From positions 1-64,000 of IMG/VR virus record IMGVR_UViG_3300009157_000001: DNA of 64,000 nt; one strand, written 5' to 3'. The first letter of the stretch is position 1. The number at the start of each line of letters is the position of its first letter. The notes under the pieces were generated by a model. The model saw only the letters and a list, made by a program, of their open reading frames with translations. It searched no databases and had not been told where the DNA came from. This DNA comes from a virus. A program made the position numbers and the translations under genes. Positions 39,780 to 49,986 of the stretch are shown in pieces.

Positions 39780-41116
39780 TTTACTGCCATCTCTACCACC
39801 TTTTTATCGGTCATCAATTTTTGCCATTTTTGCTTATTTCCATTAAGCAGAGTTTTAATCATATGATAGTTCAGATCATCAGTAAAGATATCAGGGTCTG
39901 TTACCAGTCTTACAACTCTCTTACTCACTGCATCACTGATTGAGTTCTTCTCTGCATAAGTCAAAGAGTAGTTCATAACCCTGGTTGCCAGGATCGATGC
40001 TATGTCTGCCCTGTACTCAGTTTTGGTACCTATACATGACCTGAGTTCTCCTATAATATAAGTTTCATTCTCATGTAAAAGAATATCCTCAGGCTTCACC
40101 AATTTGTCTAACTTATTATTAATAAACAAGGTAAACATCTGGGTAAACTCCTGACCAACAGAACCTTCTCCTAATTGAGAGATCCTGGACAAGTCCTTCT
40201 GGAAATCTTGTATAGAAAAGATAGAATTGAAGAAGTTGGTAATACTTCTGGGATTTACTTCTTCTTTAACCAATTCCGGGTGTAGTAACAGAAAGTTAAT
40301 ACACCTACCATCAATCCCTTCTCTTTCTGCCCACTCTGCCCAACATTTTATATCAAAGACCAGATTCAGTCTTGTATACCGGGTCTTTTGAGCAATATCC
40401 ATGCTGTTGACCAAGTAGTTTCCTGAGTCAGGATTGGATGAAAGGATTATATGCCAGTCTTTAGGTAACTTCCAGGATACATACTCTTGCTGGTCAATGA
40501 TGTCCATACATGCTTGAATCATACGGACATCGGCCCGGGTATAGTCATCAATAAGGAAGATATATCCTTCTCCTTTGTCTGCAACCCAAGGAGGGGGACA
40601 GTAGTCCATTCTTTTATTACCAGTAAAGGTGTATCCGAGTTTAATGTACTCTCCAAGAGCATGTTCATCAACCCAAATACAATCAGAAGATGCTTCTATT
40701 ACTTCTACTTTTGCAACAGCAGTCTCTTCTTTTGGTACCTCTTGTTGTACAACAGGAACCTGGACAAGCTTTCCATCAATGAGCCGGGCAACAGTTTTGG
40801 CTGCGGGTTTAATAGGAACACTCTTTACTTCTTTCTTTTCAGATACTATACCTGCTTCTTTACACATCTGGAACTGCCTGATAGGAAAACCACACAAGTC
40901 TCCCAGCTCCTCCAATTGACTTAGAGAGAGCTTCTGGAAATTAAGGTTCATTTCCTGAGCTATTTGTTTTATGCACGAAGTCTTTCCAAGACCTGCCGTA
41001 CCCTCAACCTCAAAAGTTATGGGCTTCTTTCCTCTTTCTTGCAAGAACCTATTGTTCTCTACATTATACTTTATTAGCTCCTTGAGCTCCTTGATGTTAA
41101 GTGTTACTTGACTCAT
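39776..41116 (-). CDS. MoxR-like AAA+ ATPase
   Basis: Walker A GTAGLGKT, Walker B FLIDDYTRA, SSNP, NPRS; adjacent to a VWA gene. Confidence 0.85.
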   Translation of the reverse strand: MSQVTLNIKELKELIKYNVENNRFLQERGKKPITFEVEGTAGLGKTSCIKQIAQEMNLNFQKLSLSQLEELGDLCGFPIRQFQMCKEAGIVSEKKEVKSVPIKPAAKTVARLIDGKLVQVPVVQQEVPKEETAVAKVEVIEASSDCIWVDEHALGEYIKLGYTFTGNKRMDYCPPPWVADKGEGYIFLIDDYTRADVRMIQACMDIIDQQEYVSWKLPKDWHIILSSNPDSGNYLVNSMDIAQKTRYTRLNLVFDIKCWAEWAEREGIDGRCINFLLLHPELVKEEVNPRSITNFFNSIFSIQDFQKDLSRISQLGEGSVGQEFTQMFTLFINNKLDKLVKPEDILLHENETYIIGELRSCIGTKTEYRADIASILATRVMNYSLTYAEKNSISDAVSKRVVRLVTDPDIFTDDLNYHMIKTLLNGNKQKWQKLMTDKKVVEMAVK

Positions 41117-41134
41117 AGTTTAGTAAAGTGGTTA

Positions 41135-42445
41135 TTAATTAAGTTTAATGGTATGGCCTGGAAGGTGCTTATGATCCTTGGACTTTGTTGAGAGAACCCA
41201 AAGAATTCTTCCTAAGGGCTTTTCTGGAGCAGGTGCTTCACCATCTGTAAGAAATATACAACAGGTATACTTTCTTCTCTGCTCGTTGTAATACTGACAG
41301 AGAGGAGAGAAGTCGGTACCCCCTCTTCCTACAATTTTGATATCCTGATCTCTTCTATAAAGACTAATATCACTTATTGCAGCATCTGTCTGAGCCACTG
41401 TGACTTCAGCACCAGTTCTATGGATATGATCTATCTCTTTAAAGAACTCTACCAGTTCATCATTAGAGACTGATCCGGACGTGTCCACGGCAACCAGAAT
41501 ATGCTTCTTAGGCTTGATCTTAAGGCCCGGGTTATCCTCAAACCTCTTGTTGAACTTTCTCCTGAGCTTCTTTGTATAAACCCGGGTAGATCCTCCTGCA
41601 AAACGCCTAAGATACCCTCTCCAGTCAAATTTAGGAGGCTCCGGATTTTGAAGAGCTTTAATATAATCACTCATCTCTCCAGGAACAGTCCCCCTGCTCT
41701 TCTCTACCTGCTCAGCAACAGCTTTTAACTGGTAGTCAAGTTGAGACTTAAGTAACCTCTTTGTTGCATCATCCAGTCCTTCAAACTCACTCCAATCATG
41801 ATCACAAGGACCAGGTACTCCATCTTTCAGATCTTTTATAAGATCTCTAAGATTAGAATGACCCGGAGACTGTTTCTTTGACTTAGCCTCTTTTAATAAC
41901 TTGTCATAGTAGTAATCAGCTCCTCTTTTTAATTCCAGGTTAAGATCTTTGAAATCTTCAATGTATACTCCTCTTGGAGGAATATCCTTGCAGGCATTCA
42001 TATAATCTTCCCGGGTTATCTGTTTAGATAAGAACTTTACTTTTAGGCCTTCTACAATAGGATTCCACTTAGCATCAAACTGCTCTTTGGTCACATCTTT
42101 TGCAGGAAGATACAGATCTTCTATGTACTGATTCACACAGATATCAATTGCTATAGCATAGACTTCTTTCTCAGGATACTTACCACTCATACCCATTTCT
42201 ATATGAAAGAAGCATATATGCAAAAGCTCGTGCTTGAGAATTCCGGTTTTCCATGGATCCAGAAGTCTATCCCAGAAGCCCTCTCCGATAGTAAGCTGGT
42301 AGTTTATACCATTCTTACTTACTCCTGCAGTAGGAAAAGTGGAATGCCAGACTTTGTTTAAACCTATGAGAAAAAGCCCCCAAAAGGGCTCTTTCAACAT
42401 AAGGGTTTTACTAGCCTTAGCCAGGGATTCACTTCTGCTTCTCAT
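41135..42445 (-). CDS. Metallopeptidase-like plus VWA domain protein (DUF2201 type)
   Basis: KHELLH; MIDAS VDTSGS; GRGGTDF; LTDG. Confidence 0.9.
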   Translation of the reverse strand: MRSRSESLAKASKTLMLKEPFWGLFLIGLNKVWHSTFPTAGVSKNGINYQLTIGEGFWDRLLDPWKTGILKHELLHICFFHIEMGMSGKYPEKEVYAIAIDICVNQYIEDLYLPAKDVTKEQFDAKWNPIVEGLKVKFLSKQITREDYMNACKDIPPRGVYIEDFKDLNLELKRGADYYYDKLLKEAKSKKQSPGHSNLRDLIKDLKDGVPGPCDHDWSEFEGLDDATKRLLKSQLDYQLKAVAEQVEKSRGTVPGEMSDYIKALQNPEPPKFDWRGYLRRFAGGSTRVYTKKLRRKFNKRFEDNPGLKIKPKKHILVAVDTSGSVSNDELVEFFKEIDHIHRTGAEVTVAQTDAAISDISLYRRDQDIKIVGRGGTDFSPLCQYYNEQRRKYTCCIFLTDGEAPAPEKPLGRILWVLSTKSKDHKHLPGHTIKLN

Positions 42446-42866
42446 CTTCTTTCAGTGTTATTTTTATATCTACTTTCTCAATAAAATCATACCCCCATTC
42501 CAGGAGATTATCTTTCACTTTGATAGCAAACTCATCAAACATAAAAGCAACCTGTTCAATAGGATATCCATTCTTTCCCAGAATAGTTATAATTTTATTC
42601 CAGGTGGGGTTATCATCCCCTTTTATCCCAAGACCTTCTACTTTTTTCAGAGTGTTTGGAGCATTCTCTTTCCATAAGGAAGCACCAAGCTCAGACTTTT
42701 TGTGAAGAAGTAGGATTGGTCCAATAGAGTTCTTAAAATCACAGTTCTCAATCGACTGAAGACCTACTACTTTGTCTTCCTGATTTGAGGAGATGAGAAG
42801 TTGAAGTATCCCATCAAAGTTGCTTGAGTTAATTACTACCTTTTCAGTTGTTGTTTTTGTTGCCAT
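42429..42866 (-). CDS. MoxR/VWA-cluster helical protein
   Basis: 145 aa; N-terminus aligns with the C-terminal module of the 364- and 350-aa proteins. Confidence 0.6.
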   Translation of the reverse strand: MATKTTTEKVVINSSNFDGILQLLISSNQEDKVVGLQSIENCDFKNSIGPILLLHKKSELGASLWKENAPNTLKKVEGLGIKGDDNPTWNKIITILGKNGYPIEQVAFMFDEFAIKVKDNLLEWGYDFIEKVDIKITLKEDEKQK

Positions 42867-42867
42867 A

Positions 42868-43209
42868 TTAATCTTCCAGTTTTTGAGTTTTTAACATCCA
42901 TTTCTTGGGGGTTTTAAGGTTATCCACCCATTCCTTTGCACATGGGAGATATCCGTCACAGTCTTCACGGACATGTCTTTCTCCCACATAGCGAGTATAG
43001 ACGGTCTTCCCGTCTGAATTTACAAAAGAGGCCCCGAAGAGCCTCTCCATTTCAAATATACCTTCTGAGTGATGTCTGAACATCCTATGCACAGAATGTG
43101 ATATCCAACTTTTGGTTTCATCTAGCCAATTGTGCAGATGAATGTAATCTTGTTCCTTGCCTCCCCATTTCTTGACTGAGGATTTTGCATGCAATAAAGG
43201 ATGAGCCAC
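42868..43209 (-). CDS. DUF6915-like protein
   Basis: HPLLHAKSS..KWGG...H.WLDETK...HR..RHH...GERHVRED. Confidence 0.75.
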   Translation of the reverse strand: MAHPLLHAKSSVKKWGGKEQDYIHLHNWLDETKSWISHSVHRMFRHHSEGIFEMERLFGASFVNSDGKTVYTRYVGERHVREDCDGYLPCAKEWVDNLKTPKKWMLKTQKLED

Positions 43210-43583
43210 TATCTCTCTCCTCCTTTCAGCATTCCTTCATGATTATAAGTTTCATACTGCTCTATCCTGATATTATTCTCAACAGTATACTCTCCGGAAG
43301 GAACTTGTATTTTAACAGTACCCCTTCCTCCTTCATTATTGATCCAATCTTCAATAATATCAGTATTAAGAATATGATCATAACAGTAGTCATGTACAAA
43401 GTCTACTATACTCTCAGAGATTTCTTGGATGAGATCCTCTCCCTCTTTATTCTCAAAGAATGTTTCATCTATCTGTCCACTGTCCCCTTCTCCAGAATAT
43501 TCTACTTTTATTTGTTTCACTCCAAGATCCTCAAGTTTGAACATAAGACCTTCCCAGTCTAAATTCTCATCTCTACCCCTCAT
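43209..43583 (-). CDS. DUF6878-like protein
   Basis: YSGEGDSGQI...DWINNEGGRG. Confidence 0.7.
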   Translation of the reverse strand: MRGRDENLDWEGLMFKLEDLGVKQIKVEYSGEGDSGQIDETFFENKEGEDLIQEISESIVDFVHDYCYDHILNTDIIEDWINNEGGRGTVKIQVPSGEYTVENNIRIEQYETYNHEGMLKGGER

Positions 43584-44101
43584 GAAAACTTTCTTCTTGC
43601 ATATTCGGACATAAGAAGAGCATCAACAATACCTTCATGGGCATTCTTGGATTTCTCGGACCCTCTCAGGTCCAGATCTGGAAAAAGTCTCTTTGCTGAA
43701 AGAAGTGCCATTGCTTTAGTGTCTTTAATCATAGTCTTTTTGCTTTTACTTGGTTTACTTATTTCTTGAACACCTTGGAATAGTTCCTTTTGCCAATCTT
43801 TAGCATTTACTTTAGTATAAGGAAGTCCACAGGCAATTACAGCCATCTCAGTTGCCCCGGCCACATGACCAAAGGTAAAAGTAGCCCCTGCAGCACTCCC
43901 AAAAATAGCTCTTAGATTCTCAAATACTACATGACATGGTTTATCTTTGAACTCTGACAAAATCTTGTACAGAGCATGATAATCCACCTCATTGTTTATT
44001 AGGGGTATGGTTACAAGAACAGTACTAAGTGGAGATTGTATTGCAATACCACCTTTTTTTCCTATATCTACACCTATGAAGGTCTTATCCATACATATCA
44101 A
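43580..44101 (-). CDS. RuvC-like Holliday junction resolvase
   Basis: IGVDIGKKGGIA, VVFE, FTFG, DALL. Confidence 0.85.
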   Translation of the reverse strand: MICMDKTFIGVDIGKKGGIAIQSPLSTVLVTIPLINNEVDYHALYKILSEFKDKPCHVVFENLRAIFGSAAGATFTFGHVAGATEMAVIACGLPYTKVNAKDWQKELFQGVQEISKPSKSKKTMIKDTKAMALLSAKRLFPDLDLRGSEKSKNAHEGIVDALLMSEYARRKFS

Positions 44102-45068
44102 AATTTAAGGATTCTTTGAATACCCCGGCAAGTCTTCTTCTGACTTTGGTTATGCCATGGGTCTTTACTGCATCTGCTATGTCCTTCTCCATACTAAGTT
44201 GGATATAAGGAAGAGCATAAATTTCCTTGTACTTCTTCATTGCAAGAAGTCCGGATTTATCATTGTCCAGAAGAGTGCACACTATAGGATAGACCTCTTT
44301 GTAATACTCAATCTTTTCCTGAGGTATTAGGGTATTCTCACTATCCGGAGCTACTACTTCTAGGTTCCAACCGGTCTTGAGCAGACAAAGAGCATCCTTA
44401 AGTGAAGCACAAATTACCAGGATTGGTGAGGTAAAGGTCAGTTGATCACTTCCCTGGATATAACTCTTTACTTTGAGAAACTTCTTTTGTAAGATGGTAG
44501 GTTGATATATCTTATACAAGGTTCCTTCCTTATCAAAATACCCATAGATATAATGTCTGCAGATATTTATCTCTTCCCCGGTCCCATCTCTTCTCATAAG
44601 ATATGATTCCAGGGGTACAACATTATATTTCTCAAGAATAGTAGATGTTATACCATACTTAGTCCAGTATCTTTTGTCCAAGACATTCCAACCTCTTTTC
44701 TTAAAGTCTATAACCCGGTATCTTCCCTGGAGCCTCATCTCAGGAAACCGATATTCCCCATCCTGGATGAACCTTTCATAGTCCTCAATTATCCGGGTAG
44801 TAGCTTCGTCCTTAGACCTTAAGTCAAATAGGAGTCTTACCAGTTCCACTGCTGTTCCCTTGTGACCCGTAGAGAAGTCATTAAACATATACCTTCCTAC
44901 TTTTCCATTCCAGTATATACAGAATGAAGGATTGCTTTCCCCGGGATTAAACAAAGACTTCATCTTTATATCCTGTCCAGAGAGCTTCTCAGAAAGACTG
45001 CAGTACCTTTCAAATATCCACTCTGTGGGAACTTCGTGGAGACCCGTTACAATTTTAGTACTTATCAT
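44085..45068 (-). CDS. DNA primase (Toprim)
   Basis: SLF...E.NPSF...FNDFSTG; SLKD; APDSE; LDNDKSG; KDIAD. Confidence 0.85.
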   Translation of the reverse strand: MISTKIVTGLHEVPTEWIFERYCSLSEKLSGQDIKMKSLFNPGESNPSFCIYWNGKVGRYMFNDFSTGHKGTAVELVRLLFDLRSKDEATTRIIEDYERFIQDGEYRFPEMRLQGRYRVIDFKKRGWNVLDKRYWTKYGITSTILEKYNVVPLESYLMRRDGTGEEINICRHYIYGYFDKEGTLYKIYQPTILQKKFLKVKSYIQGSDQLTFTSPILVICASLKDALCLLKTGWNLEVVAPDSENTLIPQEKIEYYKEVYPIVCTLLDNDKSGLLAMKKYKEIYALPYIQLSMEKDIADAVKTHGITKVRRRLAGVFKESLNFDMYG

Positions 45069-45082
45069 ATAGAGGAAAGTAA

Positions 45083-45106
45083 AATAGGGGGATTTCTCCC
45101 CCTATT
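45083..45106 (-). terminator. Intrinsic terminator
   Basis: AATAGGGGGA-GAAA-TCCCCCTATT perfect 10-bp stem with T-rich tail on the - strand. Confidence 0.75.
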
Positions 45107-45109
45107 GAT

Positions 45110-45808
45110 TTAATCAAGATTGAAATCCGAGTCTACAGATGAAGAAGACTTGAGTCCTTCTTCTTCTTTATCATCAAAAGATGATACACTTTCTACTTTC
45201 TTTTTTCTTTTATGAGCAGTCTCATCAAATTTCATGAGTTTACTCACTTTGGGATCAGTATCTGCCAGTTCGAACATTACTTTGCCATCAGCAGATCTCG
45301 GCAAGAAAAGATCATAGTTTGTATAACCACTTTTACCTACATACTCTTTTCCTCCAAGACACCAATTCAGAGACTTCCCTTTGAATGGTTTTGCTTTGGC
45401 AAATGCTGCAACAAACCTTTCTATGGTCTCGTGCTTGTTATCCTGGGCATCAAACCACTTCATGGCTCCGGTTGCCTGACAAAGATCTCTGAGGAACTTA
45501 AGGATCTCCTTGTCCCTAAACATTTTTCTACCGCCTTTGGTTACCCTGTCTTCGTATGCATACTCATTGCTTCTCACTTTTCCTACCTGTCCTTTGTACC
45601 TTCCTAATTCTGGTTTGTCTTTGTCTATGAAAAACCCTTCAAATCCTTCTATTGGAGCAGTCTCCAGAAATAGAATCAAATGATAGGCTCCTTCTTTAAA
45701 CTGATATTTTTCCAGTTCTACTTCCTTGATTTCACAAGTGTTATTTCCTGGCTTAATTGATTTTGGTATTCCCCCACCTTCCTGTGGGAGGTCTTTAGTA
45801 CTTAGCAT
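45110..45808 (-). CDS. Putative single-stranded DNA-binding protein
   Basis: 232 aa; acidic tail ending DSDFNLD; lies between the AAA_24 ATPase and primase. Confidence 0.55.
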   Translation of the reverse strand: MLSTKDLPQEGGGIPKSIKPGNNTCEIKEVELEKYQFKEGAYHLILFLETAPIEGFEGFFIDKDKPELGRYKGQVGKVRSNEYAYEDRVTKGGRKMFRDKEILKFLRDLCQATGAMKWFDAQDNKHETIERFVAAFAKAKPFKGKSLNWCLGGKEYVGKSGYTNYDLFLPRSADGKVMFELADTDPKVSKLMKFDETAHKRKKKVESVSSFDDKEEEGLKSSSSVDSDFNLD

Positions 45809-45832
45809 AAACTTCTAGTGGTTACAGGTTTA

Positions 45833-46612
45833 TTAATCAATGAAAATTTTATCCCAATAAGTAGTCAGTTTGTTATCTTTCTTCTCGGATATCAGAATTA
45901 CATTATTACTCAGATGAGGGGCTCTTGCACCACAAGAGACTTCATCCGAGGTTTTAAAACTAATAAAGTTCTGATCTTTTACTCTGTATAGATACCCCAC
46001 AGCATCTGAGTATGAGGTTGTAATCCTCTTCAGTTTACCTGTTAGATCTAAGTCCAGGGAGGTAAACTCACTGGTAGCTTTGTCTAGTTGGATGTCTTTG
46101 ACATGTCCCATCAGAATAATACGAGGGGCCCAGGTCTTTATATAATCTAAGGTCTTGGTAAAAGCCTCCCTTTGCCACATCCAACCTGCCCCATTCGGCA
46201 TATTGATGATACTTCCATACTTTGCTTTACCACTATCCGGAGCATACTTATCCGGATCATTGGGATCTTTCTTAAACCAGTTCATCCCCATAGGGGTCTT
46301 TGAGTAGATATCTTCTGCATAAGGAGTAACAATTTCCTCCAGAGCAGTAATTGTATCTACAACTATATAATCATAAGGCTTTGAGGCCTCCCTAATCTTC
46401 TTACCTATAATCTTAATATCTGCTACTGATCTTGCCTTAAGTTTTATAGCACTTACAAAATCTGAACCTTCTTCAAGATCCAGTAGAAGTGCATTATCCA
46501 GTGCAGCCGCAAGTTCTGTCTTACCAGTCTTGGGCTTTGAAAAGATAATTAAATTCCTTGGACTGGTTGAACCAGCCGGTACTTTCTTTGTTGGAAGAAT
46601 TAACTCACTCAT
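45833..46612 (-). CDS. AAA_24 / Sak4-like ATPase
   Basis: SKPKTGKT, LDLEEG, IVVDT, ILMGH, GAR. Confidence 0.85.
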   Translation of the reverse strand: MSELILPTKKVPAGSTSPRNLIIFSKPKTGKTELAAALDNALLLDLEEGSDFVSAIKLKARSVADIKIIGKKIREASKPYDYIVVDTITALEEIVTPYAEDIYSKTPMGMNWFKKDPNDPDKYAPDSGKAKYGSIINMPNGAGWMWQREAFTKTLDYIKTWAPRIILMGHVKDIQLDKATSEFTSLDLDLTGKLKRITTSYSDAVGYLYRVKDQNFISFKTSDEVSCGARAPHLSNNVILISEKKDNKLTTYWDKIFID

Positions 46613-47127
46613 TTTACCAGATTATTCAACCATTCCTTTAAAGAAATAGGTTTCCTTGTGAGAATTGCTGCCAGGTCCCTTATAGTCATCTGACTTATTG
46701 GAGCATCCAGATTTGGATCCAGGATCTCAAAATTATCAGGATTGGGTACAACAGAACCTCTATCAATTTTGATAAGTTCTGCTATAGGTACCAGATATCT
46801 GGTGTATCCTTTCTTCTCATCCTTAACCTTTTCAAATTCTTCTTCCCAGTGAGGATTATGCTTAAGCTTGTACAAGATCCTGGCAGGATCTTCTGAGTTG
46901 TAATCCTTATCTATAAACTCAGTATAGATATCTTCATTTTTTCTTAACTCACTCTCAAATAAACCTATATGGTGCTCAGCCCCGGATCTGGGTCTGTAGC
47001 TCATTTTAGGTATATATAAAGCCTCTGGCATTCCCAGTGCCTCAAACAAAGGTTGTTGATGTTCCCTAAGCTTAGCAATCTTGACCTTTCTTTCTTCAGG
47101 TCTGTTTGTTGTTTGGATCATTGTCAT
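46609..47127 (-). CDS. Hypothetical protein of the replication block
   Basis: 172 aa; ATGA-coupled on both sides. Confidence 0.65.
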   Translation of the reverse strand: MTMIQTTNRPEERKVKIAKLREHQQPLFEALGMPEALYIPKMSYRPRSGAEHHIGLFESELRKNEDIYTEFIDKDYNSEDPARILYKLKHNPHWEEEFEKVKDEKKGYTRYLVPIAELIKIDRGSVVPNPDNFEILDPNLDAPISQMTIRDLAAILTRKPISLKEWLNNLVK

Positions 47128-48128
47128 GTTCTCATTCTTGTTTGTTTGGGTGGTGTCTTCATTTCTATGATTCTCATCCTGTCAAATTCTGCTTTGAAAA
47201 AACTCATTCTATTATCTCCATTCCGGCACTTTAAGAAGTGCATAACCAAAGTTTTATCATCTTCAATGATATACCGGTCCGGTCCATAAAATCTTATTTT
47301 CTGTTTACCCGGTCTGTTAAGACCCACTACCATATCTGCATGTTGTAGTAAAGCATCTGCCCCAAAAATATCACTCTCCAGGACATAATTGCCATACTTC
47401 CCATCTTCATTTCTGTCAGGACTATCTATCCCACGATTAAGTTGACTTAGTATTACAAAAGCTATTGGGTATTTCCTTTTAAGGTCAGTTACTACTTCTC
47501 CAAGTTCATAGAGCATATCTTGTTTGTCCTTCTGACCAACGGCCTTTTTTAGAAGTAAAGAGTGATCTATTGCAATAAGGGTTTTCAAATAAACAGTAGC
47601 ATCTCCAGATAGTACAGCATGATCTTTCATATACAACTTTATAATGTCATAGAATTCTCTCACAGTAGGAGGGGACTCAACAACATCAACAGGATAATCT
47701 GATCTTTTTTTAGCATACTTTAAGCACAACTCAAGATCCTCCCGGGTAAGAGGAGAATCTTCTGCACTACAGAGATATTTATAGGACTTTCCTAGACTAC
47801 TTGCATATTCCCTAATTGCAGAAGTTCTTGCCAACATCTCCATTTGAAATTCCAAGACCCTAAAATTCTCTCCTGGATTCAATTCAAAAGATTCTCTTAC
47901 TATTTGATTTAAGATAAGACTCTTACCTGAACCCGGTCTACCTGCAATTACAGTAGTGGAATTCCATTCTATACCCGCAGTACCTGCATCATTGAATTTG
48001 CTCCAGGGAGTTGATAGGCTTTTTATCTCTCCTTTCATTCTCCCTTGCATATATCTTAGAGAAGCAGTGAATCCTTCCTTCTGATCTTTCCAAGGTCTGT
48101 CTTTGGGTTTTTCTATAGGTTTTATCAT
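47124..48128 (-). CDS. DnaB-like (SF4) replicative helicase
   Basis: AGRPGSGKS, FQMEM, IDH, LSQLNR, DALLQHAD, KCRNG; start moved to MIKPIE. Confidence 0.9.
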   Translation of the reverse strand: MIKPIEKPKDRPWKDQKEGFTASLRYMQGRMKGEIKSLSTPWSKFNDAGTAGIEWNSTTVIAGRPGSGKSLILNQIVRESFELNPGENFRVLEFQMEMLARTSAIREYASSLGKSYKYLCSAEDSPLTREDLELCLKYAKKRSDYPVDVVESPPTVREFYDIIKLYMKDHAVLSGDATVYLKTLIAIDHSLLLKKAVGQKDKQDMLYELGEVVTDLKRKYPIAFVILSQLNRGIDSPDRNEDGKYGNYVLESDIFGADALLQHADMVVGLNRPGKQKIRFYGPDRYIIEDDKTLVMHFLKCRNGDNRMSFFKAEFDRMRIIEMKTPPKQTRMRT

Positions 48129-48316
48129 ATACTGAACCAACCCAGAAATCTTACCTTTTTCTGGGTGACCAAGGTATAAAATAAATGTGAAATTACCAAT
48201 ACAAACTCCACAATTATATAGTGAAGAAAGTCTATAGGAATCACCAGAATGTTCACAACTTGCCAGCATATAACTGACAAAATTGCAGCTAGAATTATTT
48301 TATTGATTGTCTTCAT
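48125..48316 (-). CDS. Small membrane protein
   Basis: 63 aa from MKTINK; two hydrophobic segments. Confidence 0.55.
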   Translation of the reverse strand: MKTINKIILAAILSVICWQVVNILVIPIDFLHYIIVEFVLVISHLFYTLVTQKKVRFLGWFSI

Positions 48317-48317
48317 A

Positions 48318-48929
48318 TTACACAACATTTTCTGGGAACTTGAATGAGTCATCACTCTTATTCCCTGATTTAACAATAGCACAGTAATTAGCCAATTCAC
48401 TCTCCCAGGACTTATCTGAAAGTTGTTTCCTTAAGAAATATTGACTATTTCTACAGTACATCCAGTTTTTGTCCTCATACTCAAAGACATATCTTTCAGT
48501 AGCTTTTAATACTGTTTCCCAGTCATACTTATAATTCCTGAAGAACCATACAAAAGCTCCTTTGAGATTGCCTGCATTAACCCGGGCCCTTTTACCACTG
48601 GGAAGTTTTATGTCAGGCCAGATATTCAGGTACTTTTCTACCTGAAGAGCAACAAGAGCAGCATCTGCACAAGGATCAATCATAGAAGGATCTTTGTCCA
48701 AAAAACTCTCAATCTCTGAAATAGCTTGTAAGCCCTTCTCAGAAATCTTTCCTTCGGAATCCAAGAACTCTGTTAGTATTAACCCTCTTACTTCCTGGTG
48801 TATGTTTACTCCGGGAAGAGCTGTATTCTTCTGTATATTAAGAAGTACATAAACCCTATTAGGGGTCAGACCCTGTTCAGACATCATCTGAAACAAATTC
48901 CAAAGACTGTAAGATTCAAGTTTTTTCAT
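48318..48929 (-). CDS. Putative replication-associated protein
   Basis: 203 aa upstream of the helicase; function inferred from position only. Confidence 0.55.
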   Translation of the reverse strand: MKKLESYSLWNLFQMMSEQGLTPNRVYVLLNIQKNTALPGVNIHQEVRGLILTEFLDSEGKISEKGLQAISEIESFLDKDPSMIDPCADAALVALQVEKYLNIWPDIKLPSGKRARVNAGNLKGAFVWFFRNYKYDWETVLKATERYVFEYEDKNWMYCRNSQYFLRKQLSDKSWESELANYCAIVKSGNKSDDSFKFPENVV

Positions 48930-49359
48930 TTATCTCAGATAATCTAAAGTTAAGTTTCTCAGTTATTATTTGAACAATCCTAGTAACATTAGGGTCTTTT
49001 ATTTCCAACTGCTGAGTGATTCCTTTAATTGCTAAACTTATTGTAGAATGAGACCAAGTATTGTCCAGGTACCTCCTCATATGATTTTGACTATATCCAT
49101 AATTTTTACCAAAATAGAAGAAGATGTGTCTATAAAGAACGACACACTGATCCCTTACATGTTCTCTTATCCCTGGAGGTTTATATGAAGGATTACAAGA
49201 ATTTATAATATTCTCTATATCCTCAAGAGGGGGGACCCTTTTAGGTCTACCTATAGTCTCTAAATAATACACCTCCGGATAGTATCCAAATTTGCCTTTA
49301 AATTCTTCTTTGAATTTATCAGCAAATTGTCTCATTTGCTGTGATATCTCATCTTGCAT
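48916..49359 (-). CDS. Protein with DnaA C-terminal-like HTH
   Basis: R..VV.YRHIFFY...GYS......L...HSTI pattern; start at MQDEIS. Confidence 0.6.
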   Translation of the reverse strand: MQDEISQQMRQFADKFKEEFKGKFGYYPEVYYLETIGRPKRVPPLEDIENIINSCNPSYKPPGIREHVRDQCVVLYRHIFFYFGKNYGYSQNHMRRYLDNTWSHSTISLAIKGITQQLEIKDPNVTRIVQIITEKLNFRLSEINEKT

Positions 49360-49399
49360 ATTAGTATTTTTTTTGTATCTTGCCTCAAAATTACTCATC

Positions 49400-49675
49400 A
49401 TGTGGAAGAAAACAGTGAACTTTACTGATAAATTCTTAGGGGCCATGGGGAACACCCCAGGATCTTTCTCTCTTAGAAAATGGTTATCTGTAGGTCTTTT
49501 CTGGCTTGTATCTTATGTGACCATTAAGAATACTAATGAACAGAATATTGAGATGGTACTTACCATTCTCACTCCTTGTATGGTAACCATGGCCGGTATT
49601 TATAGTTACTTCAATAATAAGGATAAAAAGCTAGATCTTGAAAAAAAAGAAGAACCAGCCCGTCCTCAACCATGA
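49400..49675 (+). CDS. Putative holin
   Basis: 91 aa from MWKKTV; two TM segments and a charged C-terminal tail. Confidence 0.5.
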   Translation: MWKKTVNFTDKFLGAMGNTPGSFSLRKWLSVGLFWLVSYVTIKNTNEQNIEMVLTILTPCMVTMAGIYSYFNNKDKKLDLEKKEEPARPQP

Positions 49676-49986
49676 ATAAATCAACATTTGCAATTATTCT
49701 ACTAATCCTTCTGGTAGGAACTGTGGCATATGATATCTTCCTGAGAAAGACTGATATTTCTGCACCAGAGCTCTTTAATGAGAAACCTTATCGGGACTCC
49801 ATTAATTCTCTGGCCAGGAATATCAAGACCCTACAAGTAAAAATTGATAGTTTGGGATCTGAGAATCAAACTCTTTCTGAGCAAAAGTCTAAAACCAAAA
49901 TCATATATGTCCAAAAGATCAAGTTTATATCTGGTGCTTCTGTTTTTCAGTGTGATTCCATTATCCGGAATCTGTCAGGTTTCTGA
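49672..49986 (+). CDS. Putative spanin-like protein (N-terminal TM, coiled coil)
   Basis: FAIILLILLVGTVAY anchor, heptad region, single C-terminal Cys. Confidence 0.5.
   Translation: MNKSTFAIILLILLVGTVAYDIFLRKTDISAPELFNEKPYRDSINSLARNIKTLQVKIDSLGSENQTLSEQKSKTKIIYVQKIKFISGASVFQCDSIIRNLSGF

Noticed and set aside
40690-40860. Insertion in the MoxR ATPase as an intein or mobile element
   Set aside because: About 55 aa of K/E/V/P-rich linker without splicing motifs; probably a flexible loop.
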